A DNA stretch of 64,000 bases, from contig NIVC01001811.1 of NCBI GenBank assembly GCA_002269645.1, forward strand, positions 62,001 through 126,000, read 5' to 3'. The position numbers and the translations under genes were made by a program. This document shows, piece after piece, positions 48,573 through 61,169 of the stretch. How positions within the stretch are numbered: the first letter of the stretch is position 1; each line of letters starts with the position of its first letter. The notes beneath the pieces were generated by a model. The model was not told the DNA's origin and ran no database searches. It was given only the letters and a program-made list of their open reading frames with translations. This stretch comes from Macrostomum lignano. Its lineage: Eukaryota.

Positions 48573-48583
48573 TCAATTTGCTC

Positions 48584-49171
48584 CTACCCAGCAGGTTTTG
48601 TCACCACCCCGTCGGGATACTTGGCTCTGAACTTGGCCACCACATCCGGGTCGATCAGTTTAACGCCGTCCAACTGATTACCAAGGGTGATCCAGTTCGG
48701 CTGAACATTATGAGGCCGACCAAACAGCTCCAGCTTCCTCGTGCCGGGCGACAGTCGCTCAATTATGCCGTAGATTTCGTCCGGTTTGTGCGAAGTGGCG
48801 CGGACTTCGCTAACGATGACGTCACAGTCCAGGCCGAGGTTGACATTCTTTGGACTGCCTTTGACTCCGATGATACAGTGCTCCTTGCCGTGGTTGAGCC
48901 AGTGACCCGTGCGACCGGTGCGGATTATCCTCTGCAGCTGATTGGTCTTCACCTGGCAACGGGGTGGGTGGGGGCGAAACAAATCGCTTTTTTGGAGCTG
49001 CGATTGCAATTCACCCCATAAAATCTGTGGGGATTCGAGATAATACTAATACTAATACTAATTATTAATACTAATCTACTACTACTACTACTACTACTAC
49101 TACATTACTACTACTACTACTACTACTCTACTACTACTACTACTATACTATTACTACTACTCTACTACTAT

Positions 49172-49202
<31 letters not shown>

Positions 49203-52200
49203 GTAGTACTACTAATACTACTACTATACCATTACTACTACTCTACTACTACTCTACTACTACTCTACTACTACTCTACTACTGCTACTACTGCTACTAC
49301 AACTATAACTGCTACTGCCACTACTACTACTAGTCTTCAATTGCTACTACTACTACTACTACTACATTTACTAGTAAACCTCATACCACTACTATTCATA
49401 CTACTGCTACTAGTACTACATTACTACTACTACCAATACTATTAATACTACTACTACTATTAATAATACTACTACTATTTTTAAAACTCCAAAACAGAGA
49501 ACAAGCAAGCAAAGCTCTCACCCAGATAAGCTCCCCGATAATCTTGTAACCCCACAGTCGCAAGCAGTCACGGCCGGTCTCAATCGCTCGCCCGGTCACC
49601 CACAGGAAAATATAGCCGGAGTCTTGCAGACAGGGAATGTCCAAGGATTTCATCTCGTGGTCAGACATGGTGCCGTAGGGCAGCTCCATGTGGATGTCCC
49701 AGGGCGGGTCGCCCATGATGACGGCAAATTTGCCCAGAACGGTCATGTCAAGATGCCGGATGTCGCACTGGATCCACTGCGGCGGGTACAGGGTGATCTC
49801 GTCCTGGTAGTGGGGCTTCTGGGGCACTGGAATTCGGTTTGGCTTGCATCTTTGTAGCTTAACTGTGCTTATAACCCAAATTATGACTTAAATTAGATTA
49901 CTATGAACTAAATAAAATAACTATGACCCATATGAAATAACTATGACCTATATTAAATGACTATGACCCATATGAAATAACTATGACCTATATTAAATGA
50001 CTATGACCCATATGAAATAACTATGACCTATATTAAATGACTATGACCCATATTAAAAACCTATGACCTATATTAAATGACTATAACCCAGATTAAATGA
50101 CTATGACCCAGATTGAATGACTATGACCCAGATTAAATGACTATGACCCAGATTAAATGACTATGACCCATATTAAAAACCTATGACCTATATTAAATGA
50201 CTATAACCCAGATTAAATGACTATGACCCAGATTGAATGACTATGACCCAGATTAAATGACTATGACCCAGATTAAATGACTATGACCCATATTAAAAAC
50301 CTATGACCTATATTAAATGACTATAACCCAGATTAAATGACTATGACCCAGATTAAATGACTATGACCCAGATTAAATGACTATGACCCAGATTAAATGA
50401 CTATGACCCATATTAAATGACTATGACCTATATTAAATGACTATAACCCAGATTAAATGACTATGACCCAGATTAAATGACTATGACCCAGATTAAATGA
50501 CTATGACCCAGATTAAATGACTATGACCCATATTAAAAACCTATGACCTATATTAAATGACTATACCCAGATTAAATGACTATGACCCAGATCAAATGAC
50601 TATGACCCAACTTAAATGATTGACCTAAATTTAATGACTAAGACTATACTTAAGTGACTATGACCCATATTTTAAGATCATCTACATGTACAAACCATTT
50701 ATATGAATTTAAGACCTATTTTTGATATTCGATACTATGACTGTGACCCGTTTACTAAGAATAAGTCTCAATTAGATGTGACTTTTCACCTATATTAGAT
50801 ATAATTAGTGACCCAATCATTATACTATGACACATTGTAATACACACCAGCAATGGCTTTAGAATCCCTAGCCTTTGGTTTGGCGGCCTCAGCCGCGGCA
50901 GCCTTCGCCTCTCTCAGATCGTCGGCATCGATCTCGTAGTGCACGTACTTGCACGTGTCGATGTGAAAGCAGGTGTTCAGAAACGAACAATCGCCCAATG
51001 ATGTGTCCGTGTGGCTTTGAACTATACGGCGGAAGTGCAAATCAGAGCAGCGTTGGGGAGGCTGGCCGGTGCGACCGTGCCTGCAAAGTTGAAGTGAAAA
51101 TATTGGGGAGATTCTCAGGGTGGTTTTAGGGTAGATTCTCAGGGTAGTTTAGGGGAGATTTACAGGGTGGTTCAGGGAGATCCTTAGGGTGGTTTAGGGT
51201 AGATTCTCAGGGTGGTTTAGGGTAGATCCTCAGGGTGGTTTAGGGTAGATTCTCAGGCTGGTTTAAGATAGATTCTCAGGGTGGTTTAGGGTAGATTCTC
51301 AGGCTGGTTTAGGGTAGATTCTCAGGCTGGTTTAGTGTAGATCCTCAGGGTGGTTTAGGGTAGATCCTCAGGCTGGTTTAGGGTAGATTCTCAGGCAGGT
51401 TTAGGGTTGATTCTCATGGTGGTTTAGAGTAGATTCTCAGGTTGGTTTAGGGTGGATTCTCAGGGTGGTTTAGGGTGGATTCTCAGGGTGGTTTAGGGGA
51501 GATCCTCAGGCTGGTTTAGAGTAGATTCTCAGGCTGGTTTAGAGTAGATTATCAGGTTGGTTTAGGGTGGATTCTCAGGCTGGTTTAGGGTAGATTCTCA
51601 GGGTAGTTTAAGATAGATTCTCAGGCTGGTTTAGGGTAGATTCTCAGGGTGGTTTAGAGTTGATTCTCAGGCTGGTTTAGGGTAGATTCTCAGGGTAGTT
51701 TAAGATAGATTCTCAGGCTGGTTTAGGGTAGATTCTCAGGGTAGTTTAAGATAGATTCTCAGGCTGGTTTAGGGTAGATTCTCAGGGTAGTTTAAGATAG
51801 ATTCTCAGGCTGGTTTAGGGTAGATTCTCAGGGTGGTTTAGAGTTGATTCTCAGGCTGGTTTAGGGTAGATTCTCAGGTTGCTTTAGGGTGGATTCTCAG
51901 GCTGGTTTAGGGTAGATTCTCAGGGTAGTTTAAGATAGATTCTCAGGCTGGTTTAGGGTAGATCCTCAGGGTGGTTTAGAGTTGATTCTCAGGCTGGTTT
52001 AGGGTAGATTCTCAGGGTAGTTTAGGGTAGATTCTTGGGTTGGTTTAAGATAGATTCTCAGGCTGGTTTAGGGTAGATTCTCAGGGTAGTTTAGGGTAGA
52101 TTCTTGGGTTGGTTTAGGGTAGATTCGTGGGGTGATTTTGGGGAGCTTGATGTACAATTTTTAACAAGTCGCGCAGAACAGCAGTCAGCAACAAAGAGCA

Positions 52201-54439
52201 GCAACAAAGACCCACCTAGCCGCGGCAGTAGCTTCGCATTGCTCCCTAGTTTCGAAGTCGCAGAACTTTCTAACTAGCGCCCCATTCCTAGATTTGAACT
52301 TTTCGATTCGCTGCAGCTCCATAAAAGTTCTCCTGTGCAACAGTTCGGCAATCTCCGCGTTCGCCCGGGTAGCCTGGCGCTCTTTCAAAGTTTGCAAACT
52401 GAGCAAACTCTCCAGATTGCCGGCGTTTAAAACCTGCTGATAAGTGGACTCTTCCAGATGGTTGGTGTCAGTTTTCACCGCGGCTAAACAGGCGGTGAGG
52501 CGGTTGTGACGGCAGTCGGAGACCATCCACTGGCTGAGCAGAGGCGCAGTCTTGTCTGAGTCGTTTCTGAAAGCGAAGAGTTGGGGAGATCTATGTGGCA
52601 GATTGGGGTGATCTGTGGCAGATTAGGGTGATCTGTGGCAGATTGGGGTGATCTGTGGCAGATTAGGGTGATCTGTGGCAGATTGGGGTGATCTGTGGCA
52701 GATTAGGGTGATCTGTGGCAGATTGGGGTGATCTGTGGCAGATTGGGGAGATCTGTGGCAGATTGGGGTGATCTGTGGCAGATTGGGGAGATCTGTGGCA
52801 GATTGGGGTGATCTGTGGCAGATTGGGGTGATCTGTGGCAGATTGGGGGATCTGTGGCAGATTGGGGTGATCTGTGGCAGATTGGGGGATCTGTGGCAGA
52901 TTGGGGTGATCTGTGGCAGATTGGGGTGATCTGTGGCAGATTGGGGAGATCTGTGGTAGATTGAGGAGATCTGCGGCAGATTGGGGAGATCTGTGTGGCA
53001 GATTTATTAAAAGTACAACTGAACCCTTGAAGAAACAACCGTACCTGACAACAACGATAACGCCCTGAGCTGCCTGCTTTTCCAGCAGGTCAACCAGAGC
53101 TTCTGGTGTCGGTGCCTGAGCGTCAGGAAATTTGACGGCCAGCATGTCGAAAATGACGGCAAAACTGACTGGCAGGTCCACCGTGACGCCGAGGTCTTCT
53201 AGCACTTCGAGGAGGCGCTGTTCGAGCTGCTGCACATGCAGATCATCAGCGTCAACTAGGGGCGAGGCAGCGACATCCGGGGCTTTGGCGGCCGCCTCAT
53301 CTGGTGTCGCCTCCTGATTCGAACAAAATAGTAATTTAAAAGGTTAATTTGCTGAACATAAAAATAAGATAGAAATGTTTTCAGAATTAAAAAAAACGCA
53401 ATTTAAATTTGGCAATTTAAAGAAACCAATACTGATTCTAGGAAACCAGAAACTGATTCTAAGAGAACTAAAAATGGCACTAAGAAAATGAATACCGATT
53501 CTAAGAAAACCGATACAGATTTAAAGAAGCGTGATAAAATTACTAAGGAAACCTGATGCCGATTCTGAGAAACCTGATAACGATTCTAAGAAATTAGATG
53601 CCGATTCTAGGAAACTTGATACCGATTCGAAGAAACCTGATATATTCATTCTAAGAAACCCGAAACCAAATCTAAGAAGCCTGATACCGACACTAATAAA
53701 CTCGATACGGATTCTAAGAAACCTGAAACCGATTCAAAGAAACCTGATACAAATTCTAAGAAACCTGATACAAATTCTAAGAAACCTGATACGGATTCTA
53801 AGAAATCTGATACGGATTCTAAGAAACCAGACGCCGATTTTAAGAAATTAGATACTGATTCTAGGAAACTTGATACCGAATCGAACAAAACTAATACTCA
53901 TTCTAAGAAACTTGATCGTAATTCTTCTAAGCCACTTGATCCTAATTATTTGATACAATGTTAACGCTTCGTAGATTCCACGAAACAAGGCTATAATTTT
54001 GAAGAAATAAGCACGATACTTCTGCAATTTAAAGAAACCAAACTACGATTCTAAGAAACTACCCTTGTAACCAATGATGAATCTAGGAAAAAGGATCCGA
54101 ACATCCTATTCTAAGAAACCAGATATTACAAACCCCCGAACCAAAAACTTGGTTCTCAAAGCACAAAGTCTCACTGACCACTTTGAGCTCTTCTTTACAC
54201 TCGAGCAGTTCCAATTCATCGGCCTTCTTTTCCTCAGCTACAGGAGCCCCGCCATTATCTCCCCCTTCGTTGGGGGCTTCGCACTCCTCGCTGTCAGAAA
54301 CATTTCTTGGCATCTTGCTGGCCACCATAGCCTGGGCAATGATTGCCTGACTGTCCAGCTTGCGCTTCTCGCGACGCTCGCGCAGCGACACATTTTTGCT
54401 GCGAGCCTGCTGAATTTCCTTCCACAGGTCGCTAGACAT
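48584..54439 (-). CDS. METTL3: N6-adenosine mRNA methyltransferase catalytic subunit (MT-A70); exons 54179-54439 (donor tentative), 53045-53313, 52216-52566, 50848-51080, 49522-49826, 48584-48952
   Basis: N-terminal leader helix [11 protein letters not shown]...SLRERR. CCCH region [10 protein letters not shown]...LHFRRI...[25 protein letters not shown]. Catalytic DPPW ([16 protein letters not shown]). FLWVTGR; [26 protein letters not shown]; [42 protein letters not shown]. Splice phases are consistent (0,2,2,1,0). Confidence 0.96.
49045..49480. repeat. (CTA)n trinucleotide tract spanning METTL3 last intron
   Basis: Directly visible. Confidence 0.93.
49880..50640. repeat. 20-bp minisatellite (CTATGACCCAGATTAAATGA)n in METTL3 intron
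   Basis: Directly visible. Confidence 0.95.
51105..52130. repeat. 23-bp minisatellite (GGTGGTTTAGGGTAGATTCTCAG)n in METTL3 intron
   Basis: Directly visible. Confidence 0.95.
52580..53003. repeat. 20-bp minisatellite (GATTGGGGTGATCTGTGGCA)n in METTL3 intron
   Basis: Directly visible. Confidence 0.95.
53425..54060. repeat. degenerate 21-bp minisatellite (GATTCTAAGAAACCTGATACC)n in METTL3 intron 1
   Basis: Directly visible. Confidence 0.85.
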
Positions 54440-54770
54440 TCTTGTTTAATGTCCCTCTGATTTTGCCAAAGCTATGGCAGGTTTTAACTATATGTTTGAA
54501 TACAAACTTGTCGTTGAATTTTCTGGCTGAAATGTCAATTGGAGCCTTGTAGTATATATAGATCGATATTCAAGTAGATATCTTGATAGCAGGGCAGGGC
54601 CACATGCCGCCCATGAAGCCTCTCAATCTGGCCCTCATGTCCTTTGAAACTTCGCAATCCGGCCCGCTCAAGGTTTGTGTCTCTTCTTACGTCTCTCCGT
54701 CTCTCCTCTTTTATCTCTTCTCTCTCCCTCCATATCTTCTCTCCTCGTTTCTCCTCTCCTCTTTCACAGT

Positions 54771-54772
54771 CT

Positions 54773-54845
<73 letters not shown>

Positions 54846-55007
54846 ACATTTTAACAATGAATAAGGCTAACATATCGTATTTTATTACTTGTACATTTTT
54901 GAGTTTCAACAAATAAAAGTCGAATACATGTGAGCTTGTATTTCTAATAAATATATTTTGACTATTGCCTTTTGAGTAGGCCTGTTACCATTTGACTGTT
55001 GTCATTT
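54771..55007 (+). repeat. ~235-bp direct repeat flanking the Penelope-like element (second copy 57232-57464), starting with (CT)n
   Basis: The two copies are identical apart from the microsatellite portion and one substitution (ctgttgtc/ctattgtc). Confidence 0.92.
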
Positions 55008-55024
55008 CATCTGTCGTCTTCAGA

Positions 55025-56698
55025 TCGCTGCTGGACCGAAGGATCATCGATCGGCGCCAGTTCAACGCCTTCTGCCCGAAGGAGGGGTTCCGCACGCGGT
55101 GCTTCTACATCCTGCCGAAGATCCACAAGCCCGTCGAGTCGTGGCCGCTCGGCGACATTCCTCCGGGCCGGCCCATCGTGTCTGACGTGGACAGCGAGTC
55201 TTACGCCAGCGGCCGCTTCATCGACAGCTTCCTGCAGCCGATCGTCATCCAGCTGCCCAGCTTCATCAGGGACACTGACCACTTCCAGGCCGCCATCCGC
55301 GGGATCGCCTGTGCGGCGTCCGAGGAGTCCTTCCTGTTCACCATGGACGTCGCCAGCCTGTACACCAACATCCCGACGGAGGCCGGCCTCGAGTGCGTGC
55401 GAAGAGCGTTTAGGGAGCACCCGGACAGCCGGCGCCCAGACGCCAGCCTACTCAGCCTGCTCAAGCTGAACCTGGAGCGCAACGACTTCGAGTTTGACGG
55501 CAGGTACTTTCTGCAGGTGAAAGGCACTGCCATGGGGAAGTCGTTCGCGCCCAGCTACAGCAACATCTACATGGGCTATTGGGAGCAGAGAGGCCTGGAG
55601 ACCAGCCCGCAGAAGCCCAGCCTGTGGCTCCGCTACATCGACGACGTCTTTGGAGTGTGGCGTGGCACAGAGGCGGAGCTGGTCCAGTTCCATCAACACC
55701 TGGACGCCCTCGACCCCAACATCCGACTTCAACTGAGCTACAGCAGCACAGAGGTGAACTTCCTAGACACCACCGTCTTCTGGGACCGCGAAGGCGACAG
55801 CAAAAGCCTGGCAACCAGGGTATATTTCAAGCCCACCGACAGCCGAGTCCTCATCCACCGCGGCTCCTTCCATCCTAAGCGAACTTTCCGGGGCGTGGTA
55901 AAGTCCCAGCTCCTCAGGTACGCCCGGCGATGATGCTCCCGGATGGCCGACTTCGACGCAGCGTGCACCGGGCTGATGTCGAATCTGGTGCAGCACCAAG
56001 GCTACAGCCGGCGCTTCCTCCGCACCATCAAGTACGACGTGCTGACAGAGCTCGGCTTCTACCCGACCAGACGGTGGGAGTTCGGCTTCCTGCCGTGCAA
56101 CTCGGCCCGACTCTGCAAGTGCTGCCAGGCGCACGCCAGGTTCACCTCCGTCTGCCCCGGATCAGCAGCCACGACAGTTCAGCTCATCATCAGTCAGCGA
56201 ATCGACTGCAACGCCACGAACGCCGTCTATGCCGTGTTCTGCCGCCGGTGCGACCACACGGTCTATGTCGGCGAGACCGCCAACAGCATCCGTGGTCGCA
56301 TGCTGGCGCACATCGGTGACACCTGGCACACCCGTGACACTCCGGTAGCGCGCCACTTCACCAGCGGTGGCCACAGTCTGACGGACTTCGCCTTCACCGG
56401 CATCTGGACACGCGATGGCACAGGACCCAGAGCTGACGAGCGGCGTCAGCGCCAGGAGGCCAAGTTTATCGAGGTCCTGAGGACTCATGTTCCACACGGC
56501 GCCAACGAACTTGCCGGCATACTGCACAAACCGGCCATCCCGCTGATCCTGCCCCACTGTGCAACCTCCGACGCCCTGGCTGCCAAAGTGAAGGACAGGG
56601 TGATACGCCACTGCGAGACCCCGGTGCTGCCCGCCTACACCAAGGGGAGAAGCCTCCGGACTCTGCTCTCTCATAGTCGGCTCGATCCTGCCAACTAG
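55025..56698 (+). pseudogene. PLE RT/endonuclease ORF, N-terminally truncated, single in-frame TGA at 55931-55933
   Basis: ORFs 54992-55933 and 55943-56698 are in the same frame, separated only by TGA TGC TCC CGG. Confidence 0.88.
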
Positions 56699-57122
56699 GT
56701 CCCTTTTGACGCCTGTACAAAGGCTCTTTTACTGCTATTTTTCCCCTCTGTGATTTTTTCATTGACTTTATTTTGATTTATTCAGATTATTTATTCTCTG
56801 CTTTTTATTCATTTTTCTGACACTGTGTATGGTGCACCTGCATTTTTTGCTCTGAGCATTTAATAATAATTTTTATTTACCTTGTCTATTTATTTTGCCA
56901 TTTATTTTTACAATTTTTATTCTACACTCAAAGGTCGTCGAGGCCCACTTGTACAGTTTTAGCCACCCCCTGCTTTTCTCATAGTCTCGGACTCGTTTTT
57001 ATGTATTGACCATGCATACTGTTTTAAGTGCTTGAGCACATCAATTTATCGATCGTCTCTCCCTGGCAATATCGCCTTTATATATTGATGGCAATTCGCG
57101 CCAAATAAACTTCACTCGCTTA

Positions 57123-57161
57123 TAGCCCTGATGAAGAAATTTAATTTCGAAATATCGGCTA
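57123..57161 (+). ncRNA. minimal type I hammerhead ribozyme
   Basis: Stem I UAGCC/GGCUA; core CUGAUGA; stem II GAAAU/AUUUC; GAAA; palindromic AUAU helix III; predicted cleavage after UC (C57156). Confidence 0.85.
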
Positions 57162-57254
57162 CTCAATTTAAATAGACATTTTCAGTCCTTTCTGACTTTC
57201 TACCGTGTCAGTGCCCGAGATTGGAGGCACCCTCCCCTCTCTCTCTCTCTCTCC

Positions 57255-57304
<50 letters not shown>

Positions 57305-59348
57305 ATTTTAACAATGAATAAGGCTAACATATCGTATTTTATTACTTGTACATTTTTGAGTTTCAACAAATAAAAGTCGAATACATGTGAGCTTGTATTT
57401 CTAATAAATATATTTTGACTATTGCCTTTTGAGTAGGCCTGTTACCATTTGACTATTGTCATTTTGACTATTGCCTCTTTAGGCACATAGCCAGAAATTT
57501 TCTTTGGAAGGGAATAGGATGCCCTTAAGGAGAAGGCTATGGAAAGAGGATTATATCCCCTAATCCTTCCTTTCCCTATGGCAATTTTTGATCCATACAT
57601 GCATAAACCCCTGATTTACACTGGCTATGCAACTTACTTTTTAACCAAAATATACAAAAAATTTAACCAAAACTGCAAATTACCTAAGAAAGAAACCTTG
57701 ATGCAGTTTTGGGTAAATGGCAGGAGTAACTATGACTGTCATATTAAGGCTAAATGCCTAGTCATCTAATTAGTACTATATCTATATTCTTTTAGGTGGG
57801 CATTTGTGCAACTTACCTTAGTCTACCACAATTTTTATAGTGTCTAGATTGGCTAGTTACACATATGTTTTGATCTGTTGTTTTTTTACCTATAGATATA
57901 GTCATTAAGAAGTATGATTTTAAAGTTTGAAATAGGCACTAATAATAGCCTTTCCGTGCTAAGTATTACCAAGATTGCAAATGGTTGCCAATTGTTTAGT
58001 CAAGCCATAGAGCTGCAAGCTGCAAGGCTAGCAAAGAAAATGGTTTATTGAGGTTGGGCTTGGAACTAAATGTATTATAGTTGATTGTTAGTATAAAAAG
58101 GGCCTTTTTTGAAGGGAACCATATTGAGTTGCTATGCCTTAAGATTTTATTATGCTCTAGTATTCTAAATTTTTTATCATTCTAATAGTTTTAGCTTTTG
58201 CTAGTTTTTTGGATTATCTAAGTTGAAAGAACATGGTAAACTATGGACACTATTATCACACTATCCAGCTTTGTTTTTAGTGAATCAGAAATTTGTTTTT
58301 AGATAGCCACTAGCTAAATATTTCATTCTTAATATAAATTTGAGTTTAAAGAATTTAATCATACTTATGCCAACAAATTATGGCTAAAAAGGAGTCTAAT
58401 ACTGGGTTTTTTGTCGATAACTTGGATGCGATTTTGCACCCTGTGCTAGATTTCAGGGTGTGATTTTCAAGACCAGGATGTGCTGCACTGCTGCAGACAA
58501 AAACTGGTCTAACACTAATAGTGTGTTTCAAATTACTGGCTAATTCTAAGAATATGAAGTGACTTAAGACGTTTATAACACTAAATTGTGAAATCCGCAT
58601 CACATTCTTGCAAAAAATTCTGGTGCACTTTTTGCACCCAGAGTGAAATTTCAGGGTGCAATTTTTAAGACAAGGATGCTATTTGCACCTATTTGCACAA
58701 AAAACCCAAGTCTAATAACAATATGACTAATAGAATAATGCCACATTTTGAAACATGGTAGCTATATCAAAAATAGGCCTATAAAAAACTTATAGAAATG
58801 GTGGCCATGTCTCTAATAGTGAATAGGTCTATACTTTTAGAGTTTAAACATAGCTAGGTTATCTATCATGCCTAAATAATATTTGAGCTTATAGAATGGC
58901 AGCTATCAATGAAGTATATAACTATAGTATAGTGCTAATGGTTATAACAATATTAAATGATTTCATATTTAGACACAGTGGCTATGTCTGTGATATAGAA
59001 TCTATTTTATACTAGAGACAATAGCAGTCTTCTATTGGTAAAAATTAAAGCAATAATAGGCTTATTGTATGTTTATATGGTGACAGTGGTAGATATGCTT
59101 ATATATGTTCTAACTCGAACATTATAGAGTATAGACACTACACTGCCACTGTTTTGTAAGTAGGCCTACTGAAATAAAAAAGGCCAAAAGATATAAGAAA
59201 AGAGTCAATCTATTAATCTAGAGTAGAGCAGAGGTCAGGTCCCAACCTTTATAGGCAATAGGCCACATTGGCAACTAGCTGGCTTGGGATATACCAACCA
59301 TATGTGAGTTGTATACTCACTCACTTCCACGGGTGGTAGGAGCTTGTG

Positions 59349-60083
59349 TAGTGATGGATCAAAATTCGATTTCAATTTTGATATTCCGAATTTCGAAACT
59401 AATTTTGCATTGAAATAATTTTGATTTTGATTTTGAATTTCAACACCATTCATTGAAAATCATTTCAAAATTTTGGTTATATTTTAACAATTTAGACATT
59501 GATGATCATTCTATACAAGAAAGAAAATCTATAGGAAGTGAAAAGAAGTGCAGTTCAAAGACTTAGTGGGGAGGTGAGAATCGCCTTTTCTACAAAAAAG
59601 ATTGTGCGGGGCACACACTGTTCCAGGCCTTGTGCTGCACCCACCTCAACCTCCACAAGCCCACTGGCTGAACTCATCGGCGTGGATTTTAATTGGCTAA
59701 AGACTTAGAGCTTTAATGAAATGGATACTCGTATAGGCTACTCGTATCTAGATCTTCAGCTTTAACAATGGTGAAGTATAATACAACTTCTACCATATTT
59801 CTATGTATGAGTGTATAATACATAATACACTAGCATTTTCTATTTCGTATTTTTAAAGTAAGTTAAATCTTAAGTATTCTGGTTTAAACATATCAAAGAT
59901 ACTTTTTATAAAACATGTAAGCTCATAAATGCAGAGGCAAGGTGTTAACCTTTTTGCATGATTAGCGAAAAAGTAAAAATTTGTTAAGCTCAAAAATTTC
60001 GATTTCAATTTCGATTTCAATTCTAAGGAACCGAAAATTTCGATTTTGATTTCGATTTGAAAAATAATTTCAATCTATCACTA
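59349..60083. mobile_element. non-autonomous hAT-type DNA transposon (MITE, 735 bp)
   Basis: TIRs TAGTGATGGATCAAAATT / reverse complement TAGTGATAGATTGAAATT (15/18). 8-bp TSD AGCTTGTG/AGCTTGCG (7/8). Subterminal TTCGATTT(C/T)A repeats at both ends. Confidence 0.8.
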
Positions 60084-61169
60084 AGCTTGCGGCACTAAAG
60101 GCATATATCCCCACCCAGAAAATGAGTCCATATGATAATTTTAGTGCTTTTTCTCATTTTAGGCCCTAATTGTAACTTATAAAGGTACCTATACCCCCTT
60201 GCCCTGTGCCCAGTGTCTCCCTAAAATATTAAGCTCTGCTACCCTTGCTCACTTCCCTTACTCCCTGCAGCCTACTTTCCTTGTAACCTTTTAAACTTCA
60301 AACCCCATTTCCTTTGCCTTGAACCTTCTTGATATTAGCTAGCATTCCTTCCTAATTTTCATTTCAACTCTTGTCCTAAGTGCATATACATTTGTACACT
60401 AGTGACTGGAAATGGCTAAAATAGCAATCCAAATGAATTGAAGCATCAAGGGCTGTAGTGAAATCTAATGATAGACTTGGTGGGATTTTTTTTATTAGAG
60501 GCAGGGGGTTCTAGGCCTATGCATCTTCGGGCACTTTAACTTTAAGCCACATAGGCACACAACTGGCAAAAGGCAGTACTGCCCATTCCACCAACTCTCC
60601 TGAGTAGGCATACAAGCGCGTGGATATGTACGCAGGCACACACTCACATAGGAGTGTACAGTAGCCCTAACTTTATATTATTGTTAGGCATCTACACTTC
60701 ATTGCGCCTTGGGGGGTTGGCTTTCAAGGCCATTGCATTAATTGCATGAGCAAAGCCAAGCCGAGATTCCAATTCAGCCCCAAATTATTGTAACTACACT
60801 TGGAATTAAGCCTGGGTCACTAGCACAACAGAGCAGTTGCACTAGGCCTACCGCTAGGCTATGGCCCCCCTTGACTGCATGTAATGCAAACTGCTGGAAG
60901 TTGCCACGGGCATGTATATAACTTTGGCCGATCGGTTTTTACCGACGTTAAACCGACGTTAAAATGTACATAGAGGGAGTGGGGTGGCTGCACACTGATG
61001 ACAAGTAGAATGGGGTGGCTGACAGGGAAATCCCCAAGGCCACCACAAGGCGCATACCAATGAAAAGCAAGGCAAACTAAGCAAATGGCGTGATTCTGCA
61101 TTGATGACTCACTCGACACTCCTTACCTCTGTCTCTGTGCGCAAATACATGTATAACTGTTTGCATTTA

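Larger units (their letters stand above)
55008..57231 (+). mobile_element. 5'-truncated Penelope-like retroelement (RT + GIY-YIG, Neptune-like linker)
   Basis: RT: FYILPKIHK, PGRPIVS, MDVASLYTNIP, QVKGTAMGKSFAP, RYIDD, VNFLD, VYFKPTD. Linker zinc motif CNSARLCKCC. Endonuclease: AVYAVFCRRC...YVGET...R..H..HF...GH...R...E..FI..L.T..P.GAN. Hammerhead motif in the 3' UTR. Confidence 0.92.

Noticed and set aside
51105-52130. Interstitial telomere
   Set aside because: TTAGGG occurs once per 23-bp unit, never as consecutive hexamers.
55931-55933. Selenocysteine codon in the PLE ORF
   Set aside because: The TGA appears as an extra codon before the conserved CS rather than replacing Cys, and I recognised no SECIS.
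58390-58740. Diverged ~200-bp direct repeat
   Set aside because: An old local duplication with no TIR/TSD or coding signal.
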